Source of the DNA: an uncultured Oscillospiraceae bacterium
GTDB taxonomy: Bacteria > Bacillota > Clostridia > Oscillospirales > Oscillospiraceae
Assembly (NCBI GenBank): GCA_910577915.1
Contig: CAJTOM010000001.1
Location: 41,110-105,109, forward strand
DNA length: 64,000 nt
Reading direction: 5' to 3'
The stretch's first letter is position 1; every line of letters starts with the position of its first letter. Position numbers and translations under genes: made by a program. The notes below the pieces were generated by a model. The model did no database searches and was not told the origin of the DNA. It saw nothing but the letters and a program-made list of their open reading frames with translations. Positions 27,346 through 39,936 of this stretch are shown piece after piece.

Positions 27346-27407
27346 CTGTATTTTTGAAAAAACAGGCCCCTTAAAGAAACCTTAATCAATTCTTTACCCC
27401 TTCTCCC

Positions 27408-27436
27408 TTGCCCGGTGCGCCGCCGTCCTGTATAGT
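27408..27436 (+). promoter_or_regulatory. Candidate promoter of the YtrA-type GntR/ABC operon
   Basis: TTGCCC - 17 nt - TATAGT. Confidence 0.45.
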
Positions 27437-27478
27437 AGGGTGTACTAGAAGAGATCATACAGTTGGGGGCGTGAGAGG

Positions 27479-27568
27479 ATGGAGGCCATTCATTACCTGC
27501 TGCTGGGTATTCTGGCGGCGTTTGCGCTGCTGTATGCCGGGGCGCTGGCAATCCGGCGGAGAGGATAG
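27479..27568 (+). CDS. Possible 29-aa hydrophobic leader micro-ORF
   Basis: MEAIHYLLLGILAAFALLYAGALAIRRRG has one TM helix and a basic tail. It lies between the promoter and the GntR gene. The RBS is weak or misplaced. Confidence 0.25.
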   Translation: MEAIHYLLLGILAAFALLYAGALAIRRRG

Positions 27569-27580
27569 GGGGGGAGCGTT

Positions 27581-27949
27581 TTGCTGACACTGAATTACCG
27601 GGATTCCCGGCCCATCTACGGACAGATCAAGGACGGACTGCGCCGGATGATCGTCACCGGCGCCCTGGAGCCGGACGAGAAACTGCCCTCGGTGCGGGCC
27701 ATGGCCGTGGAGCTGTCCATCAATCCCAACACCATCCAGCGGGCCTACGCCGAGCTGGAGGCGGAGGGCTTCATCTACACCCTGCCGGGGAGGGGCAGCT
27801 TCGCCGCCCGGCAGCCGGAGGGGGACCCCGCCAGGCGGCAGGAGCTGACCAGCCGCCTGCGGGAGCTGATCGCGGAGCTGAAATATCTGCACATGACAGA
27901 CGGCGAGATCCTCTCGCTGCTGCGGGAGGAGGGGGCGCACAATGATTGA
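27581..27949 (+). CDS. GntR-family regulator, YtrA subfamily
   Basis: 122 aa. PIYGQIKDGLRRMIVTGALEPDEKLPSVRAMAVELSINPNTIQRAYAELEAEGFI. TTG start as given in the track. Confidence 0.85.
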   Translation: MLTLNYRDSRPIYGQIKDGLRRMIVTGALEPDEKLPSVRAMAVELSINPNTIQRAYAELEAEGFIYTLPGRGSFAARQPEGDPARRQELTSRLRELIAELKYLHMTDGEILSLLREEGAHND

Positions 27950-28841
27950 GGCAAGGAGCGTGGTAAAGACCTTCGGCGGCTTTACCGCCCTGGACGGGGC
28001 CAGCATCACCGTGCCGGACGGCGGGGTCTACGGCCTGGTGGGGCCCAACGGGGCGGGCAAGTCCACCCTCATCCGCCACCTCACCGGCATCTGCCGTCCC
28101 GACAGCGGGGAGGTGCTGGTGGAGGGGGAGCCGGTGTACGAGAATCCGGAAAAGAAGGTCCTGGTGGCCGCCATCCCGGACGACTGGTACTACTTCCCCT
28201 CCGCCTCCGTGGCCGACATGGCCCGGTTCTACCAGGGATTCTACCCCAGCTTCGACAGGGGCCGGTACGAGAAATTCCGGGCGGTCTTCACCCTGCCGGA
28301 GAACACCCCCATCCGCCGCATGAGCAAGGGCATGCAGAAGCAGGCCGCCTTCTGGCTGACCATGAGCTGCCGGCCCAAGTACCTCATTCTGGATGAGCCC
28401 GTGGACGGGCTGGACCCGGTGATGCGCCGGCAGGTGTGGAGCCTGATGATGAGCGACGTCTCCGAGTACGGCACCACGGTGCTGGTGAGCTCCCACAACC
28501 TGCGGGAGCTGGAGGACGTGTGCGACCATGTGGGCATGATGAACCGGGGGAAGGTCCTGGTGGAGCGGAGCCTGGCGGACCTCCAGGAGAACATCGTCAA
28601 GCTCCAGGCCGTCTGGCGGGCCGGGGAGACCCCGGTGCTGCCCCGGGAGCTGGAGGTACTCCACACCTCCCACGTGGGGCGGGTCTACACCTATATTGTC
28701 CGGGGGACGGCGGCGGCGGTGACGGAGCGCATGGAGCAGTACCAGCCCCTGATGCTGGAGGCCCTGCCCCTGAGTCTGGAGGAGATTTTCATCTATGAGC
28801 TGGGAGGTGAGCACTATGCCGTCAAAGAGATCCTTCTTTAA
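27942..28841 (+). CDS. ABC transporter ATP-binding protein
   Basis: Walker A GPNGAGKST, signature-like MSKGMQKQ, Walker B LILDEPVDGLD. Overlaps the GntR stop. Confidence 0.9.
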   Translation: MIEARSVVKTFGGFTALDGASITVPDGGVYGLVGPNGAGKSTLIRHLTGICRPDSGEVLVEGEPVYENPEKKVLVAAIPDDWYYFPSASVADMARFYQGFYPSFDRGRYEKFRAVFTLPENTPIRRMSKGMQKQAAFWLTMSCRPKYLILDEPVDGLDPVMRRQVWSLMMSDVSEYGTTVLVSSHNLRELEDVCDHVGMMNRGKVLVERSLADLQENIVKLQAVWRAGETPVLPRELEVLHTSHVGRVYTYIVRGTAAAVTERMEQYQPLMLEALPLSLEEIFIYELGGEHYAVKEILL

Positions 28842-30685
28842 CCGGACCCTGTTTCTGAAGAACCTGGGCCGGTTCTGGCCCCTGTGGGGCGGCGTCAGCC
28901 TGGCGGGCGCTATGCTCCCCCTGTACCTGCTGCTGGCGATGCTGCAGCGGCAGATCCATTGGGTTGAGCCGCTGGAGTTCGCCGAGAGGCTCTCCGCGGC
29001 GGCAGCCTACCTCGTCCCCGCCTTTACCTGCGGCTACGCCATCCTCTGCGCCATGGCGGTGTGGGGTTACCTCTGCAACAGCCGGTCGGCGGGGATGATG
29101 CACGCGCTGCCGGTGGACCGGACGTGCCTGTTCGTCACCGGCGTCCTGTCGGGCCTGGCCATGATTCTGATCCCCTACGCCGTCACCGGCGGGCTGCTGT
29201 GCCTCATCGCCCTGTTCTGCGGGGCCTTTCACCTGACGGCAGTGGTGACCACGGTGCTGACGGTGGCGTTCGCGGCGGTGCTGTTTTTCGGCATGGCCAC
29301 GCTGTGCGCCATGCTGACGGGCCACGCCCTTGTGCTGCCGGTGTTCTATCTGCTGGCCAATTTCCTGGCCCACCTGATGGAGATGCTGGTCACCGGCCTG
29401 GCGGAGGACTTCCTGCTGGGCGTGTGGATGACGCAGGATATGGGGATGCTGGGCTTCCTCTCACCGGTGATGCAGATCTACCGCAGCGTCCGCCCCGTCG
29501 CGGAGCGCCTGCCCGACGGAACGCTGACGGGCTGGCGCCTGCAGGGGCTGTGGGTGCTGGGGCTGTACGCCCTGGCGGGGCTGGCCCTGCTGGCGCTGGC
29601 CTGGTATCTCTACAGAAGGCGGCACAGCGAGAGCGCCGGGGACGTGGTGGCCTTCCGGTGGCTGCGGCCGGTGTTCCGGTACGGCCTGGCGCTGCTGAGC
29701 GGTCTGACCGCCGGGCGGCTGCTGTACGAGCTGTTCTGGCGGAGCCTGTTCCAGCAGGGGGCCTATGCCGAGCGGCGGCCTATGATGGTGTGCGTCTTTC
29801 TGGGGGGTATGCTGGGGTACTACATCGCCTCCATGCTGCTGGAAAAATCCCTGCGGGTGTTCCGGGGCAGCTGGCGGGGGGCAGCCCTGGTGGCGGCGGG
29901 GGCGGCGGCGCTGTGCCTGCTGGTGAGCATTGACCTGTTCGGCGTGGAGCGCCGGGTCCCGGAGCCGGAGGAGATCGAGAGCGTGACCCTGCTGGACCGG
30001 GGGGGGGCAGAGCGGCCCCTTCACGATGGAGGACGCGCCGGAGACTGCGGCGCAGCTGGCGCAGCTCCATCGGGCCATCGTGGCCGACCGGGACTATATC
30101 CGCACCTACCAGCCCAACTGGGACAGCGACGAGGTGCAGGCCTTCAGCCACACCCTGCACCTGATCTACCACCTGAAAAACGGGAAAATTGTGGAGCGGT
30201 ACTACGATCTGTGGCTGGAGGCCGGCCGGGTGGAAACGCCGGGGACCTACGACAACCTGCTGGCGGAGTTCTACAGCGACCCGGCGGTGATTCTGGAGAG
30301 CGTGAGCATCCCCGGAGACGCCCGGCTGGAGGCCATTAACGTGATCATGGGCTATATGGAGAACGGCTACGCCAGCACCAGCGACCACGCCTATGTGGGG
30401 GATCTTGAGAGCCGGCAGATTTACGCCGCCATCCTGGAGGATGCGGCCGCAGGCCGCGTTCCCGCCCGGAATGTGACGAGCAGCTTCAAGGATATACACT
30501 ACTCCTTCTGCCTGGAGCTGGAGTATCTGGTCTGGGAGGAGCAGTCGGGCGCCTACTACGGACACCGCAAGACGGTCTTCCTCGCGCCCTCCATGACCAG
30601 CACCACCGGCGTCCTGCTGGAGCTGGGCTATCTGACGGAGACGGAGCTGGCCGCCTGGGAGGCAGAGCTGGCAAGGCAGGGATAA
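28816..30685 (+). pseudogene. ABC-exporter membrane component, frameshifted at a G9 run (intact length about 620 aa)
   Basis: The frame-1 ORF (from ATG 28816, GGAGGTG RBS) is a plausible multi-TM protein up to ...VTLLDRGG, then becomes Arg/Gly/Pro junk. The frame-2 ORF 30026..30685 is protein-like. Removing one G from 29999..30007 joins them as ...LLDRGGQSGPFTMEDAPETAAQL.... Confidence 0.75.
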
Positions 30686-30739
30686 CATGGCCCGCCGGAG
30701 ACGGCGGCGGCGGTAAGATCCGCATCATCATGCAGCGAG

Positions 30740-30767
30740 CGGCGGGGGCGCGGGCCCCCGCCGTTTT
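30740..30767 (+). terminator. Intrinsic terminator after the ABC operon
   Basis: CGGCGGGGGC / GCCCCCGCCG stem followed by TTTT. Confidence 0.7.
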
Positions 30768-30897
30768 CGTCGAAAAAAGGGGGGGGCTGGAGGCTGGTCA
30801 AACCACACAAAGAGAAAATGACGTTTTTGTGAATTTTAAGTAATTTTCCCGAAGTGATCCATTCTGCAAAAAAAGGCTGGAACACCGGGAAAGATTG

Positions 30898-30906
30898 TGC
30901 TATACT
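30898..30906 (+). promoter_or_regulatory. Extended -10 element (TGcTATACT) upstream of the V-ATPase operon
   Basis: TGCTATACT with a poor -35, about 115 nt upstream of the first V-ATPase gene. Confidence 0.4.
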
Positions 30907-31021
30907 ATTTAATGCCTGTTTTGCCGGAAATATCTGGCGCAAAAAGGAGGAGATTCCAGCCGGATTGTCCGGTAGAGGGCAACATTTTTCCCTGAAAGAA
31001 CAATCGAAAAGGGGTGAGAGA

Positions 31022-31335
31022 ATGTCACTGGAAGCCATAGCGAAAATCCGCGCGGCGGAGGAGAGCACAGAGCAGTCCAAGGCCGAGGCGAAGGCCCAGG
31101 CCCAGCGCCTGGCCGCCGACGCCGAGCGGGAGGGCCGCGCCCTGCTGGAGCAGGGCAAGGAGAAGGCCGCCGCCGCCGCTGCCGCCGCCATGCGCCAGGC
31201 GGAGGAGCAGGCCGCCGCCCTGCGGGACCAGATTCTGGACCAGGCGGAGAAGGACTGCAAAAAGCTCAAGGCGGACGCGTCCGCCCGCATGGACAAGGCG
31301 GCGCAGGCGATCTTAGGAAGGGTGGTTGAGAGTTA

Positions 31336-31336
<1 letters not shown>
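31022..31336 (+). CDS. V-type ATPase small coiled-coil peripheral-stalk subunit (G/H-like)
   Basis: 104 aa from the ATG at 31022 (AAAAGGGGTGAGAGA RBS). Ala/Glu/Lys/Gln-rich helix and first gene of the operon. The track's 56-codon extension is implausible. Confidence 0.6.
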
Positions 31337-33784
<2,448 letters not shown>

Positions 33785-33806
33785 TCCCGCAGAAAGGGGA
33801 TTCGAT

Positions 33807-34499
33807 ATGAACGGAATCGAAAAAATCACCGCGCGCATCGAGACCGACGCCCGCGCTGAGGCGGAGAAGCTGCTCAGCGAGGGGCAGGAGCGTGCCGCCG
33901 CCGTCCGGGCGGAGTACCAGGCCAAGGCGGAGGCGGAGGCCAAGGCCGCCGCCCAGGCCGGCCGGGAGGCTGCCCAGCGCCAGGCCCAGCGCCTGGAGAG
34001 CGCCGCCCACATGGAGGCGAAAAAGCGGATGCTGGCCGCCAAGCAGGAGTGCCTGGACGCGGCCTTTGAGCAGGCCAAGAAGAAGCTGCTGGCCCTGCCC
34101 GACGACCAGTACGCGGACCTGCTGGCCCGCATGGCGGTGCGGGCGGCCAAGACCGGCCGGGAGGAGATCATCCTCAACGCCAAGGACCGGGAGCGGGTGG
34201 GGGCTCAGGTGGCCGCCAAGGCCAACGCCCTGCTGGCGGAAGCCGCCGCCCCCGAGGCCGCCGGTAAGGCCGCCAAGGCGGGCGGCAAGGCCGGGAACCT
34301 CCTGTCCAAGGTGGTCACCGGCGCCAGCGCCCTCCTCCAGGGCACGGCCATGCTCACCCTGGCCCAGGAGACCCGGGACATGGAGGGCGGCCTGACCCTG
34401 CGGGGCGGCAGTGTGGAGGTCAACTGCGCCTTCGAGACGGAGCTGCGGGTCCTCCGGGAGGAAATGGCGGCCGAGATTGCCGCGATCCTCTTCGCATAA
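33807..34499 (+). CDS. ntpE: V-type ATPase subunit E
   Basis: 230 aa. N-terminal long Ala/Glu/Lys helix and a C-terminal globular part (GGLTLRGGSVEVNCAFE). Operon position fits. Confidence 0.8.
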   Translation: MNGIEKITARIETDARAEAEKLLSEGQERAAAVRAEYQAKAEAEAKAAAQAGREAAQRQAQRLESAAHMEAKKRMLAAKQECLDAAFEQAKKKLLALPDDQYADLLARMAVRAAKTGREEIILNAKDRERVGAQVAAKANALLAEAAAPEAAGKAAKAGGKAGNLLSKVVTGASALLQGTAMLTLAQETRDMEGGLTLRGGSVEVNCAFETELRVLREEMAAEIAAILFA

Positions 34500-34534
34500 A
34501 GCCAATCCAATAAGCGCGTAAGCAAGAAAGGAGG

Positions 34535-35539
34535 ATGGCTTTGGCAAAGAAAGTAAAGGATACCGACTATCTGTTTATCTCCACCTACCTGCACAGCCGG
34601 GAGCGGGACCTGCTCACCGCCGCCCGCATGGAGCGCATGATTGAGGCGCCCACGGCGGCGGAGGCCGCCAAGGTGCTGGGCGAGATCGGCTACGGCGAGT
34701 TCTCCGCCGCCAGCGAGGGGGAGCTGAGCGCCGTGCTGGCCAGGGAGCAGGAGAAGCTGTTCCAGGACCTGTACCGTTTTGTCCCCGACCGGGCGGTGGT
34801 GGACGTGTTCAAGGTGAAGTACGACTACCACAACCTCAAGGCCCTGCTCAAGGCCCGGGCTATGGGCATGGACGGGAAGCGGCTGCTGCTGGACGCCGGG
34901 CGCGTGAGCGCCGGCGAGCTGGAGAAGGCCGTGACGGAGGGGGACTACGGCGCTCTGCCCGACGCTCTGCGCCGGGCAGCCGAGGAGGCCGCCGAGGTGT
35001 TGGGCACCACGGGGGATCCCCAGCGCAGCGACTTTGTGCTGGACCGGGCCTATTACGCGGAGATGCTCTCCGCCGCCAGGGACACGGGCAGCGGCTTTTT
35101 GGTCCGCTACGTCCAGGCCTCCGTCGACGCGGCCAACCTGCGCAGCGCGGTGCGGACCCTGCGCATGAAGAAGGGCGCGGATCTTCTCAAGCGCGTGCTG
35201 GTGGAGGGGGGCACCGTCAGCCCCGACAGCATCCAGGCCGCCGCCCTCAGCGGCAGCCTGGAGGAGCTCTTCCGTCCCACCCAGCTGCGCCAGGCCGCGG
35301 AGCTGGGCACAGCTGCCGCCCAGGGCGGCAGCCTCACCGCCTTTGAGAAGGCCTGCGACGACGCGGTGACGGCGGTGGCCGCCGGCGCCAAGAGCGTGCC
35401 CTTCGGCGTGGAGGCGGTGGTGAGCTTCCTGGTGGCCAAGGAGATCGAGTTTACGGCGGTGCGCATCATCATGTCCAGCCGCATGGCGGGCATCGACGGC
35501 GACACCATCCGGGAAAGGCTGCGTGAGGCTTATGTATAA
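34535..35539 (+). CDS. ntpC: V-type ATPase subunit C (d-subunit)
   Basis: 334 aa with KDTDYLFISTYLHSRERDLL at the N-terminus. The ATG at 34535 abuts GGAGG; the TTG at 34541 is an alternative start. Confidence 0.85.
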   Translation: MALAKKVKDTDYLFISTYLHSRERDLLTAARMERMIEAPTAAEAAKVLGEIGYGEFSAASEGELSAVLAREQEKLFQDLYRFVPDRAVVDVFKVKYDYHNLKALLKARAMGMDGKRLLLDAGRVSAGELEKAVTEGDYGALPDALRRAAEEAAEVLGTTGDPQRSDFVLDRAYYAEMLSAARDTGSGFLVRYVQASVDAANLRSAVRTLRMKKGADLLKRVLVEGGTVSPDSIQAAALSGSLEELFRPTQLRQAAELGTAAAQGGSLTAFEKACDDAVTAVAAGAKSVPFGVEAVVSFLVAKEIEFTAVRIIMSSRMAGIDGDTIRERLREAYV

Positions 35540-35858
35540 GATCGCGGTTTTGGGCGACCGGGACAGCGTGCTGGGCTTCAAGGCCCTGGGGCTGGACACC
35601 TTCTTCGCCGAGGACGCCGACCAGGCCCGCCACACCCTCCAGCAGCTGGCCAGGCCCGCCGCCGGCGGGGCGGAGGAGTACGCCATCATCTATATCACCG
35701 AGCAGCTGGCCTCCCTCCTCCAGGAGGAGATCGCCAGATACAAGACCAGCGTGACGCCGGCCATCATTCTCATCCCCGGCAAGGGCGGCAGTCTGGGCCT
35801 GGGGGCCCAGGCGCTCCAGAGCGCGGTGGAGCGGGCGGTCGGCGCGGACATCGGCTGA
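35532..35858 (+). CDS. V-type ATPase subunit F
   Basis: [22 protein letters not shown] is the typical N-terminus. The ATG overlaps the subunit C stop. Confidence 0.85.
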   Translation: MYKIAVLGDRDSVLGFKALGLDTFFAEDADQARHTLQQLARPAAGGAEEYAIIYITEQLASLLQEEIARYKTSVTPAIILIPGKGGSLGLGAQALQSAVERAVGADIG

Positions 35859-35961
35859 TTCTGCCGCCGCTGCGCGGCGGCGCACAGAAGCAACTTCCCC
35901 TGCGGCCCGTCGGGCCGCAGCAGCAGGAGCCTTTAATTTAGTAAAGGAAGGCAGTGAAGCA

Positions 35962-37743
35962 ATGAGTCAAGGAAAGATTATCAAGGTTTCCGGCCCGCTG
36001 GTGGTGGCCGACGGCCTTGCCGACGCCAACATGCAGGACGTGGTCCGCGTGGGCGAGCAGCGGCTGATCGGTGAGATCCTGAATATGACCGGCGACCAGG
36101 CCTCCATCCAGGTCTACGAGGAGACCAGCGGCCTGGGGCCCGGCGCGGCGGTGGAGACCACCGGCATGCCCCTGAGCGTGGAGCTGGGGCCCGGCATCAT
36201 CGAGAACATCTACGACGGCATCCAGCGCCCGCTGGAGGAGATCGTCAAGCAGACGGGGTCCAACAACCTGGCCCGCGGCGTGGAGGTCTCCGCCATCAAC
36301 CGTGAGAAGAAGTGGGCCTACACCCCCGTGGCCAAGACCGGCGACCGCGTGGTGGGCGGCGACGTGCTGGGCACCGTGCCCGAGACGGAGGTCGTGCTCC
36401 ACAAGATCATGGTCCCCAACGGCATCTCCGGCACCCTCTCCTGGGCCATCAAGGCCGGCGACTACACCGTGGACGAGGTGGTCGCCAAGGTCAAGACCGA
36501 CAAGGGCGAGGTCAAGGAGCTGACTATGACCCAGAAGTGGCCCGTCCGCGTGGGCCGGCCCTACAAGCAGAAGTACAATCCGGTGGCCCCCCTCCAGTCC
36601 GGCCAGCGGATCATCGACACCATGTTCCCCATCGCCAAGGGCGGCACCGCCGCCGTCCCCGGCCCCTTCGGCTCCGGCAAGACCGTGGTCCAGCACCAGC
36701 TGGCCAAGTGGTCCGATGTGGACATCGTTATCTACGTGGGCTGCGGCGAGCGCGGCAACGAGATGACCGACGTTCTGCGCGAGTTCCCCGAGCTCCAGGA
36801 CCCCCGCACCGGCGAGTCCCTGATGAAGCGTACCGTGCTGATTGCCAACACCTCCGACATGCCCGTGGCCGCCCGTGAGGCGTCCGTGTATACCGGCATC
36901 ACCATCGCGGAGTACTTCCGCGACATGGGCTACGCCGTGGCCGTCATCGCCGACTCCACCTCCCGCTGGGCCGAGGCCCTGCGTGAGATGTCCGGCCGTC
37001 TGGAGGAGATGCCCGGCGAGGAGGGCTACCCCGCTTACCTGGCCTCCCGTCTGGCCCAGTTCTATGAGCGGGCCGGCGTGGTGCAGTGCATGGGCAGCGA
37101 GGACCGCGTGGGCTCTTTGACCGCCGTGGGCGCCGTGTCGCCTCCGGGCGGCGACCTGTCCGAGCCCGTCTCTCAGGGCACCATGCGCATCGTCAAGGTG
37201 TTCTGGTCCCTGGACGCCTCCCTGGCCTACCGCCGCCACTTCCCCGCCATCAACTGGCTGAACTCCTACTCCCTGTATCTGGACACCATGAAGCCCTGGT
37301 TCGACGAGCACTTCGGCCCCGCCTTCATGGAAAACCGAAACAAGGCCATGAGCCTCCTCCAGGAGGAGGATAACCTCAACGAGATCGTCCAGCTGGTTGG
37401 TAAGGACTCCCTGTCCCCCAACGATCAGCTGACCCTGGAGACCGCCAAGATGGTCCGCGAGGACTTCCTCCAGCAGAACGCCTTCATGGATGTGGACAGC
37501 TACTCCAGCCACGACCGCCAGATGCGGATGCTGGCCATGATTCTGGACTTCGACCGGCTGGCCCGGGACGCCATCGGCAAGGGCGCGCCCCTGGCCCCCA
37601 TGATGGACATCCCCGCCAAGGAGAAGATCGGCCGCGCCAAGTTCGTGGAGGCCGACAAGTACGTCCAGGAGTACGCCGCCATTGCGGAGGAGATGGAGCG
37701 GGAGATCGCCGAGATCGTAGAGAAAGCGGGTGACCAGTTATGA
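35962..37743 (+). CDS. ntpA: V-type ATPase catalytic subunit A
   Basis: 593 aa. Walker [10 protein letters not shown], plus the non-homologous insert region typical of A subunits. Confidence 0.97.
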   Translation: MSQGKIIKVSGPLVVADGLADANMQDVVRVGEQRLIGEILNMTGDQASIQVYEETSGLGPGAAVETTGMPLSVELGPGIIENIYDGIQRPLEEIVKQTGSNNLARGVEVSAINREKKWAYTPVAKTGDRVVGGDVLGTVPETEVVLHKIMVPNGISGTLSWAIKAGDYTVDEVVAKVKTDKGEVKELTMTQKWPVRVGRPYKQKYNPVAPLQSGQRIIDTMFPIAKGGTAAVPGPFGSGKTVVQHQLAKWSDVDIVIYVGCGERGNEMTDVLREFPELQDPRTGESLMKRTVLIANTSDMPVAAREASVYTGITIAEYFRDMGYAVAVIADSTSRWAEALREMSGRLEEMPGEEGYPAYLASRLAQFYERAGVVQCMGSEDRVGSLTAVGAVSPPGGDLSEPVSQGTMRIVKVFWSLDASLAYRRHFPAINWLNSYSLYLDTMKPWFDEHFGPAFMENRNKAMSLLQEEDNLNEIVQLVGKDSLSPNDQLTLETAKMVREDFLQQNAFMDVDSYSSHDRQMRMLAMILDFDRLARDAIGKGAPLAPMMDIPAKEKIGRAKFVEADKYVQEYAAIAEEMEREIAEIVEKAGDQL

Positions 37744-39119
37744 TGAAGGAATACCGTACCATACACGAGATCTCCGGCCCCCTGATGGTGGTGGAGAAGG
37801 TTGACGGCGTCACCTACGACGAGCTGGCCGAAATTGAGCTCTCAGACGGCAGCGTCCGGCGCTGCAAGGTGCTGGAGGTCAACGGCGACAAGGCCGTGGT
37901 CCAGCTGTTCGAGTCCTCCGCCGGCATCAACCTGCGGGACTCCAAGATCCGCTTTTTGGGCCACCCCCTGGAGCTGGCGGTGTCCGGCGACATGCTGGGC
38001 CGCGTGTTCAACGGCATGGGCCAGCCCATCGACGGCGGCCCCGCCATCCTGCCTGAGAAGAGCCTGGACATCAACGGCCAGCCCATCAACCCGGCCGCCC
38101 GGGACTACCCCAACGAGTTCATCCAGACCGGCGTCAGCTCCATCGACGGGCTGAACACCCTGGTCCGCGGCCAGAAGCTGCCCATCTTCTCCGGCAACGG
38201 CCTGCCCCACGCCCAGCTGGCGGCCCAGATCGCCCGCCAGGCCAAGGTGCTGGGGGACTCCGCCTCCAACTTCGCCGTGGTCTTCGCCGCCATCGGCATC
38301 ACCTTCGAGGAGTCGGAGTACTTCGTCAACGAGTTCAAGCGCACCGGGGCCATCGACCGCACCGTGCTCTTCACCAACCTGGCCAACGACCCGGCTGTTG
38401 AGCGCATCTCCACCCCCCGTATGGCCCTGACCGCCGCCGAGTATCTGGCCTTCGAGAAGGGGATGCACGTGCTGGTCATCCTCACCGACATCACCAACTA
38501 TGCCGAGGCCCTCCGTGAGGTCTCCGCGGCCAAGAAGGAAGTTCCCGGCCGCCGCGGCTACCCCGGCTACCTCTATACCGACCTGGCCCAGATGTACGAG
38601 CGGGCCGGCCGGCAGCTGGGTAAGCCCGGCTCCATCACCATGATCCCCATCCTCACCATGCCGGAGAATGATAAGACCCACCCCATCCCCGACCTGACCG
38701 GGTATATCACCGAGGGTCAGATCATCCTCTCCCAGGAGCTGTTCCGCAAGGGCATCAATCCCCCTGTGGACGTGCTGCCCTCCCTGTCCCGTCTGAAGGA
38801 CAAGGGCGTGGGCGTGGGCAAGACCCGGGAGGACCACGCCTCCACCATGAACCAGCTGTTCGCGGCCTACGCCTCCGGCAAGGAGGCCAAGGAGCTGATG
38901 ACCATCCTGGGCGAGTCCGCTCTGAGCCCCACGGATCTGCTGTACGCCAAGTTTGCCGACGAGTTTGAGAAGCGCTATGTCTCCCAGGGCTATGAGACCA
39001 ACCGTAGCGTCATCGAGACCCTGGATCTGGGCTGGGAGCTGCTGAGCATCCTGCCCAAGAGCGAGCTCAAGCGCATCAAGCAGGACATGATCGACAAGTA
39101 CCTTCCGAAGAAGGACTGA
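37740..39119 (+). CDS. ntpB: V-type ATPase subunit B
   Basis: 459 aa. [38 protein letters not shown] overlap with subunit A. Confidence 0.97.
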   Translation: MMKEYRTIHEISGPLMVVEKVDGVTYDELAEIELSDGSVRRCKVLEVNGDKAVVQLFESSAGINLRDSKIRFLGHPLELAVSGDMLGRVFNGMGQPIDGGPAILPEKSLDINGQPINPAARDYPNEFIQTGVSSIDGLNTLVRGQKLPIFSGNGLPHAQLAAQIARQAKVLGDSASNFAVVFAAIGITFEESEYFVNEFKRTGAIDRTVLFTNLANDPAVERISTPRMALTAAEYLAFEKGMHVLVILTDITNYAEALREVSAAKKEVPGRRGYPGYLYTDLAQMYERAGRQLGKPGSITMIPILTMPENDKTHPIPDLTGYITEGQIILSQELFRKGINPPVDVLPSLSRLKDKGVGVGKTREDHASTMNQLFAAYASGKEAKELMTILGESALSPTDLLYAKFADEFEKRYVSQGYETNRSVIETLDLGWELLSILPKSELKRIKQDMIDKYLPKKD

Positions 39120-39203
39120 TTCTGTCGAGGATGTCCCTTGCAGAGGCGGGTATCGCCCGCCCGTCCGTCAGAGAACGGATGATTATAGGAAAGAGGTGAA
39201 CAG

Positions 39204-39869
39204 ATGGCCTCAGCGACCATAAACCCCACCAGAATGGAGCTGAACCGGCTGAAGGGCCGGCTGAAGACCGCCACACGGGGCCACAAGCTCCTCAAGGACA
39301 AGCGGGACGAGCTGATGAAGCAGTTCTTGGACATCGTGCGCCGCAACCGGGCGCTGCGCTCCAAGGTGGAGCAGGGCCTGGAGCGGGCCAACGCGGCCTT
39401 CACCGTGGCCTCCGCCCTGATGAGTCCGGAGATGCTGGAGCAGGCCCTGCTGTACCCCAAGCAGAGCGTGGAGCTGGAGATGAGCTTTCGCAACATCATG
39501 TCCGTGAACGTGCCCCAGTACCAGTTCCACACCCGCAACGAGGATCCATCGGAGATCTACCCCTACGGCTTCGCCCAGACCTCCGGCGAGCTTGACGCCG
39601 CCCTGGAGGAGCTGGCCAACGTCTTCCACGACATGCTGGAGCTGGCTGAGGTGGAGAAGACCATGCAGCTGCTGGCCGAGGACATCGAGAAGACCCGGCG
39701 GCGCGTCAACGCGCTGGAGTACGTGATGATCCCCCAGTTCCAGGAGAAGATCCGCTACATCTCCATGAAGCTGGAGGAGAACGAGCGGGGCAACATCACC
39801 CGCCTGATGAAGGTCAAGGAGATGGTGCTCCAGGAGGCCCACGAATTCAAGCAGCCCGCCAACGCCTGA
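39204..39869 (+). CDS. ntpD: V-type ATPase subunit D
   Basis: 221 aa. NPTRMELNRLKGRLKTATRGHKLLKDKRDEL is a hallmark N-terminus. Confidence 0.93.
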   Translation: MASATINPTRMELNRLKGRLKTATRGHKLLKDKRDELMKQFLDIVRRNRALRSKVEQGLERANAAFTVASALMSPEMLEQALLYPKQSVELEMSFRNIMSVNVPQYQFHTRNEDPSEIYPYGFAQTSGELDAALEELANVFHDMLELAEVEKTMQLLAEDIEKTRRRVNALEYVMIPQFQEKIRYISMKLEENERGNITRLMKVKEMVLQEAHEFKQPANA

Positions 39870-39892
39870 GCGGCGGGGTAAACAACCCAAAT

Positions 39893-39931
39893 AAAAAGGA
39901 CTGCCCGAGACGCACTCGGGCAGTCCTTTTT
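39893..39931. terminator. Bidirectional intrinsic terminator
   Basis: AAAAAGGACTGCCCGAG / CTCGGGCAGTCCTTTTT, between the convergent ntpD and SBP genes. Confidence 0.85.
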
Positions 39932-39936
39932 CGCGC

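Noticed and set aside
30008-30339. C-terminal ~110 residues of ORF 28795..30339 as genuine protein
   Set aside because: After the G9 run the frame-1 translation becomes RPLHDGGRAGDCGAAGAAPSGHRGRPG..., a GC-shadow. The overlapping frame 2 is protein-like. I interpret this as a frameshift, not a real C-terminus.
30854-31021. 56-codon upstream extension of the first V-ATPase gene
   Set aside because: The extension begins inside the promoter/-10 region and has a non-protein-like sequence. The ATG at 31022 has a proper RBS and gives a typical coiled-coil stalk subunit.
31150-31200. GCC-rich tandem-looking repeat
   Set aside because: It encodes an in-frame Ala8 run within the coiled-coil stalk subunit. 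This is coding low complexity rather than a non-coding repeat or array.
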